Origin: Protoeuglena noctilucae
Lineage: Eukaryota
NCBI GenBank assembly: GCA_958009085.1
Contig: OY253681.1
Span: 434,001 to 498,000 of the forward strand
Length of the DNA: 64,000 bases
Direction of reading: 5' to 3'
The translations under genes and the position numbers were made by a program. The first letter of the stretch is position 1. Every line of letters begins with the position of its first letter. Below, one piece after another: positions 1 through 24,692 of this stretch. Below the pieces are notes generated by a model. It made no database searches, was not told the origin of the DNA, and saw nothing but the letters and a program-made list of their open reading frames with translations.

Positions 1-95
1 GGTTGCTCGCGTACGGCACCCCCGGCGCACCCCTGACCGCCGCGGGCCCGGATTCGGTGTAGCCTTACGTTGTATGGGTCACACCTGAAACGGTC

Positions 96-10970
<10,875 letters not shown>

Positions 10971-11512
10971 GGGGCGGAGGGAGTAGAGGTTGGGTGGTGG
11001 GGTGACGGAGGGAGCGGTGGTGCTTGGAGGAGACATGGGGGTGGTGGGGTGGGTTTCGGTGGGGGCGTGCTGGATGGAAAACGTGAGGAAGGATACGGGG
11101 GTGGTGGGGTGGGCGTTGGTGGGGGAGTGAGGGATGGAAGGATGAGATGGGGAGGGGCGTTGGGAGGTGGGGGGATGGGGTGGCGTTCTCGCTTGGTCGT
11201 TTGGAGTAAAAGGGACGTTTGGTTAGTGCGTTTGCATTCCTAGAGAGCCCGCCTGCCCTCCCACGACACGCTTGCTTGCTTTCCCTTGTGCCGGCCGCCC
11301 TGGCCGCGCCGTGCCTGTGCCGTTCGCCCGCTCATGTCGTTGTTTGGAGCGCCGGTGACTCTCCGCAGGGCGCTGGCTGTGCCTGGCACCCGCGCACGGT
11401 GCTCGCTGAGCCAGGCCATGGCTTCTTCTGTTTGGCTTGCGGCCTTAACAGCCTTGGCGTCAGTGTTCAATTCCAAAGACGGACATAACAAGACACGACT
11501 GTTTCCACAAAC

Positions 11513-12635
11513 TCATCGTGCTCTCACGGGCTTGTCGAGGACGCGCAGGGAGTCCGCCGCAGCCCTCAGCTTGGCACGCAGCCCCTCGTCGGCCCACTGC
11601 GCTTCGGTGGCCGACGCCGTGAGAATGAAGAGCTTCCCGGCGCGGCCCGACACGCCCACGCAGGCCTGCCGGCCGTCCGCGGTGCTGAAATCGTAGCGGT
11701 AGAGGTGGCGCGGGGGCAGAGCGACCTGCACAGCACCGCTGGATGGGATGCATGGCGTGCCACATGCGATGGACGGTCATAAGGTAGTACTCCATTCTCA
11801 TCTCGCAACCGTCAAAATCGTCACCTTGCCGATGAGCGTCCCCGTGTCACGCACACCCCGGTCCAGCTCGACGTCCCCCAGGCCCGTCAGCCGCGCACCC
11901 AGCGGCACAAACACCGGGGCCACCTCGCCCGGCGCGCCCCAGTCCGACACGTCCTGCAGCTGCAGCAGCGTCGGGCGCACCGTCGACGCGTCCTTGACGG
12001 CCAGCGTGATCTGGCAGCCCTCCCCGGACGGCGTCGCGAGCACGAAGCGGTCGACCACGGCCGAGGTGGGAGCTGCACCCGACGGATTCAGCAGCTGCGG
12101 CACCGAGCCGAGCGTCGAGGACGGCGGCAGCACCTCCGCGCGCTCGAATCCCACCGGTGCTATGAACGCGTACTGCGCAGGGAGGGTGCGGGAGGATGGA
12201 GATGAAAGGACAGAGACGGCACCTTAACCCGCGCGCATGACAGCGGATCTGCGAGCTCACCTCCAGCGTGACAACCTCCGTGCCATCAATCGGAAACGGC
12301 TCGTTGATGCCAGCGCGCGACTTCTGCACCATCGGAGCCGCATAGGCTGGGATCGAGCCAAGCCATGCTGCCCCCGCCAATCCGCCAGCCAGTCCCATCA
12401 ACGCGCGGCGCGACGTTCGCGATGCGACGGCATTGTACTCGACATGCTCGACGCCACTGGACGTGGCGTCAAGACAGCCTCCCGCGCGCGACGCAGGCTG
12501 CCAGCTGCCGGGCTCGGCCACCCGCGCCCGCACGAGCCGCGGGTGTTGCGCGGCTGCATCCCCATGACTAGAGCTAGCACGGCACAGACATCCAGCGCCT
12601 CCCTTGGGAAGAGAGGGCGGCCGAGCAGCAGCCAT
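11513..12635 (-). CDS. PsbP-domain (PPD-like) thylakoid lumen protein, 3 exons
   Basis: Exons: 12635-12261, 12172-11825, 11725-11513. A transit peptide is followed by the Tat signal SRRALMGLAGGLAGAAWLGSIPAYA. The rest looks PsbP-like: YAFIAPVGF, LYRYDF, GKLFILTASATEAQW and LRAAADSLRV. Confidence 0.75.
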
Positions 12636-12893
12636 AGCAAGTGTGATCAAGCGGCGGGTCACAAGTCGTCGTTTAGCCGGATATTTAAGCCGATTTGCGC
12701 GCAAGGCAAAGCTACCCAGACTGAGCTTGAGCCAGACATTAGCTGACGAAGCATCAGCCCCTCTCATTTTCGAGCTCTGAACGGGTAAGCCCTTGCCTTT
12801 CAAGCACTCGCGACCTACTTGGCAACAACGCAGCCAGCGCCGGCCAAACTAGACTACGACGGGGATGCCCCGCATCAACGCTCTATCGTCTCG

Positions 12894-15800
12894 TCACGCT
12901 GCTGCCGCGGAGTCGGGCTCCTCCTCCCCATCCCTCGCGGGCTCTGCGCTGCGCGTCCCCTTCCCACCCTTCCCACCGTCATCCTGCTCTGCACCCAACT
13001 GCGCAATCTCCGCCTCGATCGCCGCCAACTCTGCCTCCATGCGGCGGCGCTCCTCCTCGTAGGCCGCCAGCTCGCGCGCCCGTATCTCCTCAAACGCAGC
13101 GCCCATGCGCTTTTCGAGCTCGCTCGCGCCCGTCGCGCCCATGCCCTCCCCGTCCGGACCCGCGCCCTCCCCGGATCCCTCGCCGTCTCCCGCCCCGGCT
13201 TCCCCGGCCGCAGCCGCGGCGGAGTCGGCGTCTCGCCTCCCACCGCCCGGTGCCTCGGCCGTGGTCGTCTCGGCCAACACCGCCGCGCGCCACGCCCCCG
13301 TGAGCTTCTCTAGCTTCTCCGTGCGCCTGGAGCGGACGCAGAGAGAGGAGTGGAATGGTCAGTCAGGGTAAGGCCTTGCGAGCGATGTGCAGGCTCATGC
13401 GCTGATTGTCAGCCGTGGTGACCCTCACCTCTTGTCGATTTCCGTCTGCAGCCTCTCCCTCTCCGCCTTGAGCGCCCCCTCGAGTCGCTCTTGGCTGGCC
13501 TGCGAGCGAGAGCACGAGTCTCAGTCTCTTGGCACACAAGCCGGGCCACGTCTCCTTCGCCGCCCTTCATTGCTTACCACCCTTGTACCCTCACAGCTAC
13601 CACCCACATCTCCTCAGCCGCCCTCACTGCTACCACCCTCACAGCTACTACCCACACCGCCTGGGCCACTCCTCACCGTGGACGAGGCCTGGATCTCCGC
13701 CATCTTCTCCCGCATGGCCGTCTCCATCTTGATCATGGCCTCCTGCTGCATCAGCACCTGCAGCATCTGCATCTTGCGCACCTCCTCTTCGATCGACTTC
13801 CGGGCCTCGTCCTCCATACGCGCCAGCTCCTCCATCACCCGCTTGCGCATCGACTCCGCCTCCTCCTCCGCCCGCTTCTGCGTGTCGGAGATAAGGCGGG
13901 TGGGAGTGGTGAGGTGCTTGGATTGAAGGTAGGTGCGGGGTGACGATAGGGCGGGCGTATGGTCGGCGACCGGCATGTCAACTGGCCATGCCACCAGCAC
14001 GTATGTCAACTGACCACTCACCTCCTCTACTCTCGCCCATGCATGTCACCCTCTCTCTCCACCCCACTCGCCTGCTGCTCCTCGTACTTGCGCACCACCT
14101 CCTCCTGCTTCTTCCGCATCTCGTCCTCCATCTCCAGCTTGGCTTGGATCTCCAGGCGCCTGAGAGAGAGACACATGGACATGTGTAATGCATGTCGACG
14201 TCACTGGTCAATGCTAAGCGTGAAGTGCATTGACGACCACCAGATGCGGCCAGGTCACGTTGGGGTGCAGGGCGGTCGTCGTCAACACAGTCCTGGACAC
14301 CCACTGTAAGGTAGAATCGTAACAGCGCCCTTCAGCCTCACACCTGACTTCGGCCTGCCTGGCCTCCTCCAGCCTTGCCTCCTCGCGCGTGACGGCGGAC
14401 AGCAGCTCGGCAAAGATCCTGTCCAGCGTCTTGCCCATGTTGAGCATGTCGCGCTCGTACTTGAGGCTGCGAGGCACGCGACGAGCAGAAGACAATTAGG
14501 TCATTGATGATCGTCATCAATCGACTAAGCAACACTTATTTGCTTCTATGCATTGCAGCCCCTTGCACCCTTCTCACCACATTGACCCGGGTAAGCAAAA
14601 CTCACTCATCGCGCCTGATAACCAACACTCTGGGCCCCACCGCATACCCTCAGTCACCCCCCCCGGTGTCCCCCCCTCACCACATGACCCTCTCCCTCAG
14701 TTATCCACCGCTAGTAACCCCCTCACCACACGCCCCCAGTTTAGCGATCCCATCTATCCCATCAACCCACCACATGCGCCGGTGCTCGTGGGCCTGGAAC
14801 TCCCGCGAGCTCTGCCGGTCCTTGGCGCCCTGCAACCTCGCCGCCTCGCGCATCTTCACCCGCTCCTCCGTGGCCACCTGGGCCCTCTCCTTCGCCTGCA
14901 CCGCCGCCGCCCTCGCCTCCCTCTCCGCCTCGTCTTGGGAGTCGAGAGCGCTCTTCTCTAAACGAACAATGTCCTTGCGGGAGTCCTCCAGGACCGTCAT
15001 CACTGCGGGAGGTGGGAAGCGCTGTGTTGTGTGCATGTCATTGTGTCTGCGCCCACCAACACTCAGCGATGCCATGCCCTGTCGAGGGTGACAATCAATG
15101 AGTCTCCAGCCCTCACCCGTGGTCTCTAATGTCTTGAGCTCTTTCAGTGACTCGGCCACCGTCGCCTTGAGCTCGTTCTCCTTCTCGGTCACGATCGCCG
15201 CCAGCTTGCTGTCGATCTGCAGACACGCACGCCAGGCACGCGCGTCACGCACAATGTCGACCGCGCTTGCGCACATCAAGGATGGCAACAAGTGACACCA
15301 TAGTTGCCATCTGCGGTAGGCCATGTAACAGCCCAGGTCTGTGACCCTCCCCGGTCGGAGGGTCCCCTCACCGTGGCCAGCTTGGCCATGAGCTTCGCGT
15401 CCATCTCCCGTATCTGCTCCTCCGACTTGTCCTCGACGGCGTCGGACCGCTCGCCCTGCTCCCGCAGCAGCCTGCGCGCCGTCTCCAGCAGCACCGTCTG
15501 CGTCTCCAAACTGCGGTTGGCGTCCGCGTCCAGCTGCCGCTTCGCCAGCTCCACGCGCTGCTTCTCCACCGCCAACTCTTCCGCCTCCGCCCACCGCAAG
15601 CGGAGGTCGTCCGCACGCTCCCGCATGTCGCGCAGCTTGGCCTGCGAGGGGTCGACGCATGGGGAGGGTTGTTAACATCGTATCCAGTTTTGAATGCCCG
15701 CTTATCTGTTAGTTTATGCAGATATCTATCTCCGCTGATGGCGACCGGGTCACGGCGGGGCCGCTTGAATGCACCCGTCATTGCACCACCATCGCCACCC

Positions 15801-18800
15801 ACGCACCTCCGTCATGTGCACCATGTCGTGCAATGCGTGGCGGCGGTCCAGCACCGCCTTCCACCCCTCCGCCTCCTCCTCTGCGATCTTCTCCAGGTCC
15901 TTCCGCAGCTGATCCTCCACCTGCGAGCAAGGCGGAGACCACATGCTGTCAGGTGTCTCACCCAAGCATCACATCCCTAGCAGGAAGGGACCTTTCATCC
16001 CCATGTCACCCTGGACTGATGTCGGCCCCTCATCACCTCAACCTCGACTCCCACCCACTCCCTCTCCTCATCTGGAACTGATGTCAACCCTCATGGACAA
16101 CTGCCCACTTCCTCTCGCCTGGAACTGCTTCCGCAGCGTCTCCCGGGGCACCGTGGCGCTCTCCAGCACCAGGTGCTTGAGCTCAACCACGGCCGCCGTC
16201 CCGTTCCGCCTCCGCAGCACCTCCAGGTCCTCCCGGGCCTGGTCCAGCTCCTTCAGGTTCGTCTCCACCTGTGGAGCCGTGGCGATGTGAGATAGTATCA
16301 GTATCAGTCTGTTATAAACACATTCGAGTCTCGCCAGCTCACGAAGACCTCCGGCGCAGTGAACGAAATAGGAGGGTGTCTCTAAGCGACACGGGCAGTG
16401 GGCATCCATTCGCAAGGCGCAGCATGCATGGCAATGCACACGATCACCTGTGCCCTGGTGAGCCGCAGCTGGTCCCCCAGGTCGCGGTACTCCTGCTGCC
16501 GCTGCTCCTGCCACAGTCGCAGCTCCTTCTCCTCCTCCTGCAGCTCCCGCTTGAGCTGGATGAGGCGGTCGCGCAGCTCCACGTCCCGCGCCGTCGCCGC
16601 GTCCCGCACCTCCTGCACGCGCTCGTTGACCTGGAGGGGACAAAGGGAGCAAGGATCTTCTCAAAACAAGAGGAGAAAGCCAGAGGAACATGGCTCTATC
16701 TGTATTGCTCTGAGCAACACATGAGGATGCTGCGATGGCTCCTCTGTGCCACACGCAACACGTCCCGCACCCACCACCCTCATTCATACCAACACACTCC
16801 CACTCCCGCCCAGTCCCGCTCGCCTTGGCGATGGCTTCCTTGAATTCCGCCAGCAGCGCCTCGAGTTCCGGCTCCTTGGTGGCCTCGAGCAGCGCCTGGC
16901 GGAACTCCTCGTCCATGGCCTGCAGCTTGACCTCCTCGGCCTCCCACGCGTCCTCCGCGGATTGCACCCGACGCTCCGCCTCCTCCACGCTCACCCCGGC
17001 CGACATGGCCTCCTTGTCCGCCGCCTGCGGGGGCCCGTTGAGCGATGTCACGAGGTGAGAGGTGAACGGTGACACGTGGAGTGAGCAAAGAGCACGTTAG
17101 CGTCACGCGGCGTGAGTAGGAAGCAACAAGAGCGGGGGAGACCGTTGCAAGACCTCCCCCGCTGCTGTCTCGTCGTTGTCTTCGTCCATGTCAAGAGTAC
17201 ATGACCGCAAGCTGCTGCCCCTCGCGTGCTTGCCTTGTGCATCCGGGCCTTCTCCTGCTCCCTCTCCAGCTCGTTCTTCCCCACTTGCGCCTTGAGGGCC
17301 TCGTACGTCTGCAGGGCACGACGCACAACGACGATCAGGTGAAGACACCGAGGGGACGCGAGGCGTCACTGGCAGCGGCAAGTGCAGCGGCCTCATCGAG
17401 TAAAGGAGCATGTTCGCAATGCATATCATGTCGTGGATATGACATGTGACGTCGCTCCTCTTCTGCTCGCCTTCTGCCGTGTCTCGACAGACTGCTGCAG
17501 GAAGCGCATGAAACGGTCGCTGTCCGACTGCGTGGCGGGCAGGGCCTTGAGCTGGCCCTCCAGGGACGCCTTCCGGCGCCGCATGTTGCCCAGCAGCGCC
17601 TGCTCCCGACGGTCCAGGTCGTCGTGCCTGCGCGCATCGCAGGGCGCCGTTGACTTGTCACAGCGTGCGTGACATCCTGACCAAGCCACGCAGCGCGTGT
17701 TGTGTAAACTCATATGCTATCATTACAGCAAATGCTAGTGGAGAATATATGACCATATATGGCCCCTAACCTGTTGCGGATGGACTGCTCGACGTCGATC
17801 ATCGCCTTGTTCTCCTCGACCGCCAGGTGCGCCTCCTGCAGGGCCAGGTGCCGCAGCTCGGTGATCTCGTCGCGGTTGGTCCGGTTGAGCTTGAAGCTCA
17901 TGCTGGCGGAGAGCACGGCCAGGTTGCGGTCGACCTTCTGCGTGTCGACCCGCAGCTGCGAGAGCTTGTACGCGATGGCCGCCAGCATGTTCTTGCGCTC
18001 GTTGGGCAGGTTCCTGCGGACATCGCGCGATCGCAGGTGCCGTTAGAGGGAGTTTGGAGCCAATCAAGCGAATTGCTGCGGCTCTGCAGCATACTCACCG
18101 GAAGTCGGCCTTGTAGGTGGCCGCGAGGGTCTTAATGCGCTTCTGCTCGTCCGCGGACTCCTGCTGGATGACGTCCGTGATGGTGGCCAGCGCCTGCTTC
18201 TTGGCGTTGATCATGCGCTCCGTCCGCAGACGCACCGTCTCGGCCTTCAGCAGCAGGCTGCGGTCCTCCTGCTGCAGCCAGTCGATCTCCGTCCTGCGCG
18301 CGCGAAAGCAAACGACGACGGGTTATATCGGCACCATCGTTCCGACCATCCCCGCGGCATTCAACGCCTCGGCAAGCACAGACACATCACCCGGTGCATC
18401 CCATCAGCATCTGCTCCTCTCCCTCTCCCTGCCCTCCCTCACCGTATCTTGGCGGCCTCGAACTCGGTGGCCCGCGCCTCGAGGCGGTAGTCGACGGGGA
18501 TGAGCTTGAGGCGCGTGTGGAGCGCGGCAACCGAGGCCGCCTCGTGCTTGATGCGCCCCTCGATCTTCTTGCCCACGTGGCGGCCCATCTGCACCTGCTC
18601 GTCCACCAGGTCCACCTCCGCCTGCGGCATCTTCGACTCCTCGTGGCGCTCCAGCTCCGGACGCAGCTCCGCCGCCGCCTCGGCCGCCTTGGCCGCCTTG
18701 CGCCCCGCCTCCTCCTCCAACGACGTCAGCGTCCGCTGCAGCGCCGCCATCTGCTGCCGGATGGCGTTGCGCCGGCTCCCGATCGCCGCCAGCACGTTCT

Positions 18801-21800
18801 CCGCCTCGGCGTTCATCACGGCCTTCTCTTCCGTGAACCGTGCCGTCTCGCGCGCCATGCGCTCCTGCATCTCCTTCTCCACGCGGGTGCACATCCCGTC
18901 GCCCTCCACCAACTTCTTGCGGATATCTGGAACGCATAACAGAGGGACGGGGCGGTCATGTCGCAGTGGCAGCAAACGATCCCCTGCCCGGCACAGCACG
19001 TCGGCACACCTCAGGCGAGCGCCACGCGCCCTGCTCTCGTCCGCTACCCCAGCATGCGCGGATAGATCCCTCACCGGCATCCATGATCTCCTCGTAGTCC
19101 TGCAGCTGCTTGCGCTCGGCTGTCATCGTCTCGGCCATAGCCGCCAGGTCGCTCGACAGCTGGTCCGCCGCCTCCACCAGGCGCTCCATGGGCTCCAGCG
19201 ACCCCGCGTGGAAGTTGGCGCGCTCCTCGACCTTGGCGCGCGCCGCCTGCTTCTGAGCCAGCAGGTGCTCCCGCCGGCGCGCAAATGCGTCCAGGATGTC
19301 GGCGCGCTCCGTGCGCCCGCGGGCCTCCAGCTCCCGCCGCTCCTTCGCCGTCTCCTCGTGGGCCTTGCGCATCTCCTCCTCCACCTCGCGCACGCTCAGC
19401 TCCAGCTGCGCCCGCCGGTCCTCCACGCTGACGCCCAGCTCGGCCTTGCGGGACTCCAGGTCCTGCTGCGCGCGCTCCATGTCCTCCTGGAGCTGCGCCA
19501 GGCGCCGGCGCTCCGACTTGCGCTCCTTCTCCCACTCGTCCTCCTTAGCGCGGAGGTCCCGCGTCAGGCGGTCCGCGGCCGACCGCCGCGCCCGCCGCGC
19601 CGTCGCCATCTTGAGCCGCTCGCTGTCCACCTTCGCCTTGGCCCGCGAGCACGCGTCCAGCTGGTCGTCCATCACCTTGTCGAACTTGCGCGTCACCTCC
19701 TTGACCCGCTTCACCACCGCCGACCGCGCCTCGGGAAGCTTGCGGCTCAGAGCCTCCTGCGCCGCCAGTCGCTCCTGCTCGAGGCCCCTCAGCTGCTCGT
19801 CGAAGCCCTCCCGCGCTTTCGACGCCTCCGCGTCCACTGCCACCCTCACGCGCCTCGCACGGTCCCAGATGGCCCGGTGCCGCTTCTCCGACTCGGCCCC
19901 TGTCGCCACCCGGTGCTGCTCCACGCGCGTCTCCAGCGCCGACTCGGCCTCGCGCGTCGCGAACAGCGTCCCCTCGAGCCTGGGGGCGAGCAGCACGTGC
20001 AGAGCTCAGAGACCGGCCGGGGCGTGCGATTTCGCGTCGCCATGCCCGCCGCGCCCAGCCCGCGCCGCTCACTTCTTGATCTTGTCCTGCGCTTGGTTCT
20101 CCATGTCGCGCCTCCGCTGCGTGGTCTCCTGCGTCGTGGGGTCCTCCTGCATCTCCCCCGTGATGTCCTCCACCTCGCGCCTGCAGTCCAGCACGGGGCG
20201 AGGCTGTCAGCGAGGCCAGGCGAAGACGAGGTTTGGCGGCGCTTCCATGCGAGTTGATCCGCCTGGGTGACCAGGCGACACCCAACACACACCGGATGAT
20301 CATCATGTTGTCGCGGGCGTCCAGGAGCACCGTCTGCCTCCGCCGCTGGATCTCCCGGCGGAAGTCTGCCTCCTCCTTGTCCGCCCGCGACACGCGCTCG
20401 GTCCGCTCGCGCCCAACGGCCGCCACTTCCTTCGACACCGCCTGCTCCTGGGCGTCCAACGCCTCCCGCGCCGCAGCCGCGGCCGTCTCGGCCTCCTCGC
20501 GGCCCTCACGCGCCACCGCGTGCGCGCTGTTGGCCACCGAACGCGCTCGCGACGCCTTCTCGAGCGCCGTCTCGTACTCGCGGCGCAGCGCGGCCACCGC
20601 GGCCGTGCGCTCGACCTGCTCGTCCCTCGCCCGCTGCACCTGCACCTTGACGGCGTCGGTGCTCAGCTGCAGCTTGTTGCGATGGCGGTTCGCGTCCGTC
20701 GTCCGCGCGTACTTCCACTCGCTGAAGGCCTGGCGCATGTCCTCCTCCTCGCGCAGCTGTGCCTGGCGCAGCAGGTCGATGCGCTCCTGCGCGCGACGCT
20801 CCTCGTCCGCGCGCTGCAGCGTGAACTCCGCCTTGATGCCCTCCCTCTCCCGCGCGACCTTGGCCAGCTCGTTCTTCTGGATGCCCTCCGCCCGCTGCAG
20901 CTCCTTCTGCAGCAGCTGCTTGTCCTGCGCGCGGGCGATGATCTCCTCCTCCTGCTCCTTCACCTGCGCCTCCATCTCCTGCTCCTCCTCCGCAATCTGT
21001 TCCTCCTCCCTGAAGAGGGCGCGGAGGCGGGCGGGGTCGCGCGGGGCGCCCAGCACCGCTGGGCCCGACAACAAACGCGGCAGGCCCGCGCACCTGCGCG
21101 CCCGGCGGTCGTTCTCCTCCTGCTCCCGGTTGAGGATATTCTGGACTTGCTTCTCGACCTCGCTGCGCAGCGGCACCATCTGCTCGGCGCGCTGCTTGGC
21201 GCTCGAAAGGATGAACATGTGCTCGTCCGTGACCTTCCCGTACATCTTGACCACCTGCGGGGCCCATCGAGCTTGCTGCCGTGCTTACGATGTGGAAAGC
21301 AAAGGCGCGGTAACAATGACCGCTCGCCAAGCCCCCGCCGAGAGCGCCAGGAGGATGCTGAGGACGTGCCCAGCGAGAAACTCGCCCATCTGGGTCATGG
21401 TCGCCTTGCACTGGAGCCCCACGCCTGACAATCAAACGTCTGACTGACCTGGTCCTTCTGCCTCATGGCCATCTCGTACGGGGCGAACACATTGACACGC
21501 ATGAGCTCGACCTTGACCTCCTCGGCGCGCGCCGCGCTCGCATGGCGGCCCTCCGTCAACTCTAGGTTCGCCGTGTCATTGAGGGAATCCGTGGTGGCCA
21601 TCATCCTGCGGAAAAAGCTGCCGCTGCGACTCTGGAGGGCGCTGCGCATGGCTTGCCCCCGCGCTCGGCAGCCCGGCGACGCCTGCGGCACCTGTTCGGG
21701 GTGTTGGTCACGCTGTCCGGCTTGGTCAGTACATCCCTGAGCGGTGTGGCTTTGGAAGATGGGTTCGCCGCATCGTCCGCCTCAGCAGCGCGCACGGGGC

Positions 21801-21816
21801 GCTTGCCCGCAGGCAT
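12894..21816 (-). CDS. Very large multi-exon coiled-coil protein of unknown function, possibly cytoskeletal or basal-body
   Basis: About 20 E/K/R/Q/A-rich heptad exons joined by GT-AG and GC-AG introns (e.g. EEEQIAEEEQEMEAQVKEQEEE, QLQEDMERAQQDLESRKAEL). The stop is at 12894. The start (MPAGKRPV, 21816) is tentative. Confidence 0.7.
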
Positions 21817-22557
21817 CCTGGTGCCGCGCCAGCCTGGCCCCTGCTCGGCCGAGGCGGCCCTGCCTTCCCAATTTCTGCAAGTCGTCACGGCACACGGGAC
21901 ACATGTCGGGGTTACCAAAGGGCCCGCACTGGTGCAAGGCATGGATCCGCATGTGGTGTCCGCGAGCATTGCCCCGGCGACCGTCGCGCTTGCCCCGCGC
22001 TCACCGCGGGCTCCCTACGATTCCTTGCGTTCTCGCACTATCTCCTTGGCTCAAAGGATGTCGAGGGAGGCGATGCGTGCGCTGAGTCGGTGCCGCATTC
22101 TATCCTTTCGCTTTTTTCACTAATTCTCTAGCGGAGATAGCCCGTCCCGGCGTTGGTCGTCCCCGAGCCAGTCTGACCGCGGGTCTGACGGCCCGGTTTT
22201 TTCGTAGGAGAAACCCGCCAACTCAGGGGGACGAAGAAGAATCTGGTAATCGCCGCATCCATCGCTGCACGAGGAAGCTCCGACCCAAAGTCAAATGGAC
22301 TGATTTGAAGGTGCGCCCGCGATCTCAGCTCACCCCTGGGAGCGTGTTGCGAAAGTGGTCGAACTTGTGACGGCCCTGCGACGGTCGCCGGGTAAAATCT
22401 CGCGCACGGGTGCTTAGGAAGCTGGTAGAGCCTCCGCGCCCTTGTCGCTCCGCGCTTGCACCTCTGCAGCCGACTTCGCGCCCCTCTCGTGCGCTACAGA
22501 TCCGTAGACGCCGACGCTTGTGCCGCGGAACGACGACGTGGAGGCTACGGAGCGCAG

Positions 22558-24281
22558 ATGACGGTGCGCTGACCTCGCCGCCCTCGGCCCTCCCGCCTCT
22601 CGTACGGCACGAGGCGCGCGGGGGGCAGCAGCGTCGCACATAGGCTGGCCCCGTCGATTTCGAGTGCGCGCGGCGAGACCCCAGAGTCGCGCGGCTCGCC
22701 CCTGCACGCAGATAGCGAGCTGCGTGTGCCGGCTCGCCGCGGACCCGCGGGGATGGGCTCGACCCTCGACGAGCGCTCCACTGCAAAGACGACCATTGCG
22801 CTGGTACAGCGCGCCCACGCACAGCCGGAGCGGCGGACGCGGCCTGGCTGCCCGCGTGTTGGGGAGTAGCGCGCTCCCTGCGCCCGGCCACGCGGGCGAT
22901 GAGGTCTCCCCTCGCGACAGCGAGCGGGAGAGGGGCTCCTTGGGCCTCTCGACGAGCTTCGATGCGCGTTTCGTGCTGACCGAGCTGATTGGGGAGGGAT
23001 CCTTCGCCCGGTGCTACCGCTGCACCGACCGCAAGGCGAGGGCGCCCGCCGGTGGTCTCAAACGACGCGGAGACGGCTCAACTCGGTAGCGCATTCGAGC
23101 GCGTGCCGTGCGTGGGCATCACACGTGACCGGCGTGCGTGCGTGCCTGCAGACCCGTGAGACGTACGCCGTCAAGGTGCTGCCCAAGCGCCGCGACAAGG
23201 TGGACGACGACGTCGTGGCTACCAAGATCCAGAGGGAGGTGGACATCTTGCGCGCCGTGCAGGACGGCCCGACCATCGTGGACATGTACGGGGCGTTTGA
23301 GGACGGGGAGCAGGCGTACGTGGTGATGGAGGAGCTCAGCGGGGGCAGTCTTGGAAAGCTCGTGTTCGGGGGCGCGCCTCTCACGGAGCGCGAACTCGCC
23401 TTCCTGTGCCACGACATCCTCACGGCCCTGGCGCACGTGCACCAGCGAGGCGTGGTCTTTGGTGACGTCAAGCCCTCCAACTTCCTCTTCACCAACAACG
23501 CACGCCTGGTGAGCCGGGCTTTCTTATTCGTCCTGCTTGCTGTGGCTGCTGGAATCGCGGCAACGTTTGTGGCTACGCGCATCGCCTACGGCTAACTCAG
23601 CGTTCTCTGCCGGTTTGTGCTTCCCAGGATGACCCCCCCGGCTCCTCCGAGCTGCCCACGATGGCGGGCATGCGGCCCCGCGGCATGCACCTCAAGGCCG
23701 TCGACTTCGGGTGCTCCCAGTGGTACCACAAGGGCCACTGGCTGAGGTCACGCACCGGCACGCCCGTGTACATCGCGCCAGAGGTGCTCCTGAGGGAGTA
23801 CGGCCCCCCGGCGGACGTGTGGTCGGCGGGCATGATGATCTACCACCTCGTCGCGCGCCGCCTGCCGTACTGGGAGTCGCTCCAGGGCCTCACCCCCGCC
23901 ACGGTCATGCGCGCCATCCTTCACGACGATATCTCGTACGACCTGCCCGCGTGGGAGCAAGTGCACCCCTCGTGCAGGGATCTCGTCAGCCAGGTGCGCG
24001 GGTGCATCGTATTTAGTTTTAGGAAAAGAGACTGGCTGCAGAGCCCTGGAGACCGACAGGCAGGCGTCATGAGGGAAAAGCAATGCGAGTTGCCTTCTCC
24101 ACAGATGCTGGACCACTCTCCCGACTGCCGCATCACTGCGTGCCGGGCGCTGCGGCACCCGTGGTTCCGGGAAATGGGCGTGGAAACTCTCGAGGGGTCC
24201 GCCAAGCCAGCGGACGGGTGTGCGGGCGGCACGTGCGAGGTTGACGAAGACGAGAGGCCCGGCCACTGCTGCAACAAGTGA
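22558..24281 (+). CDS. CDPK/CaMK-like Ser/Thr kinase without EF-hands, with a putative organellar transit peptide
   Basis: Exons: 22558-22563 (ATG ACG), 22712-23035, 23152-~23508, ~23628-23993, ~24104-24281. Motifs: IGEGSFARCY, YAVKVL, VVMEELSGGSL, VFGDVKPSNFL, DFGCSQ, GTPVYIAPE, DVWSAG, ALRHPWF. Confidence 0.85.
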
Positions 24282-24692
24282 GAGGTGGAGGAAAGAGAGA
24301 GAGAGAACGCATTTCTGAGACCTTCCGCCAAGCAGGCGTGACACCCTCGTTCCAGATGAACGGCTGCCTCGCTCGTGCCTCGAGGGCACTTCGACAAGAC
24401 TCCTCTTGCTATCTCGTCCCGTCCAGTCCCGGGACGCTGGATCCCCTAGCTACCCCGCGCCGGCCTGGCGCCCTACCCCTGTCTAATTTCTTGCTTTTCA
24501 CACCGTAGCCGGGACTACTACTTGGCAAGCCCCATGGGCCCCCTCTTTCTCTCGTCTGCCGGCGTTTTCAGTTCCTATCGCGCTCTCTGGCGCCGTCCGC
24601 AACACGAGCCTTGAACCGCTCGACCTGAGCCGGCGATGCGAACCCAGGGGGCTCTCTGCTGAACCCTCACCGCATTGACAACAGCGCGGCCC

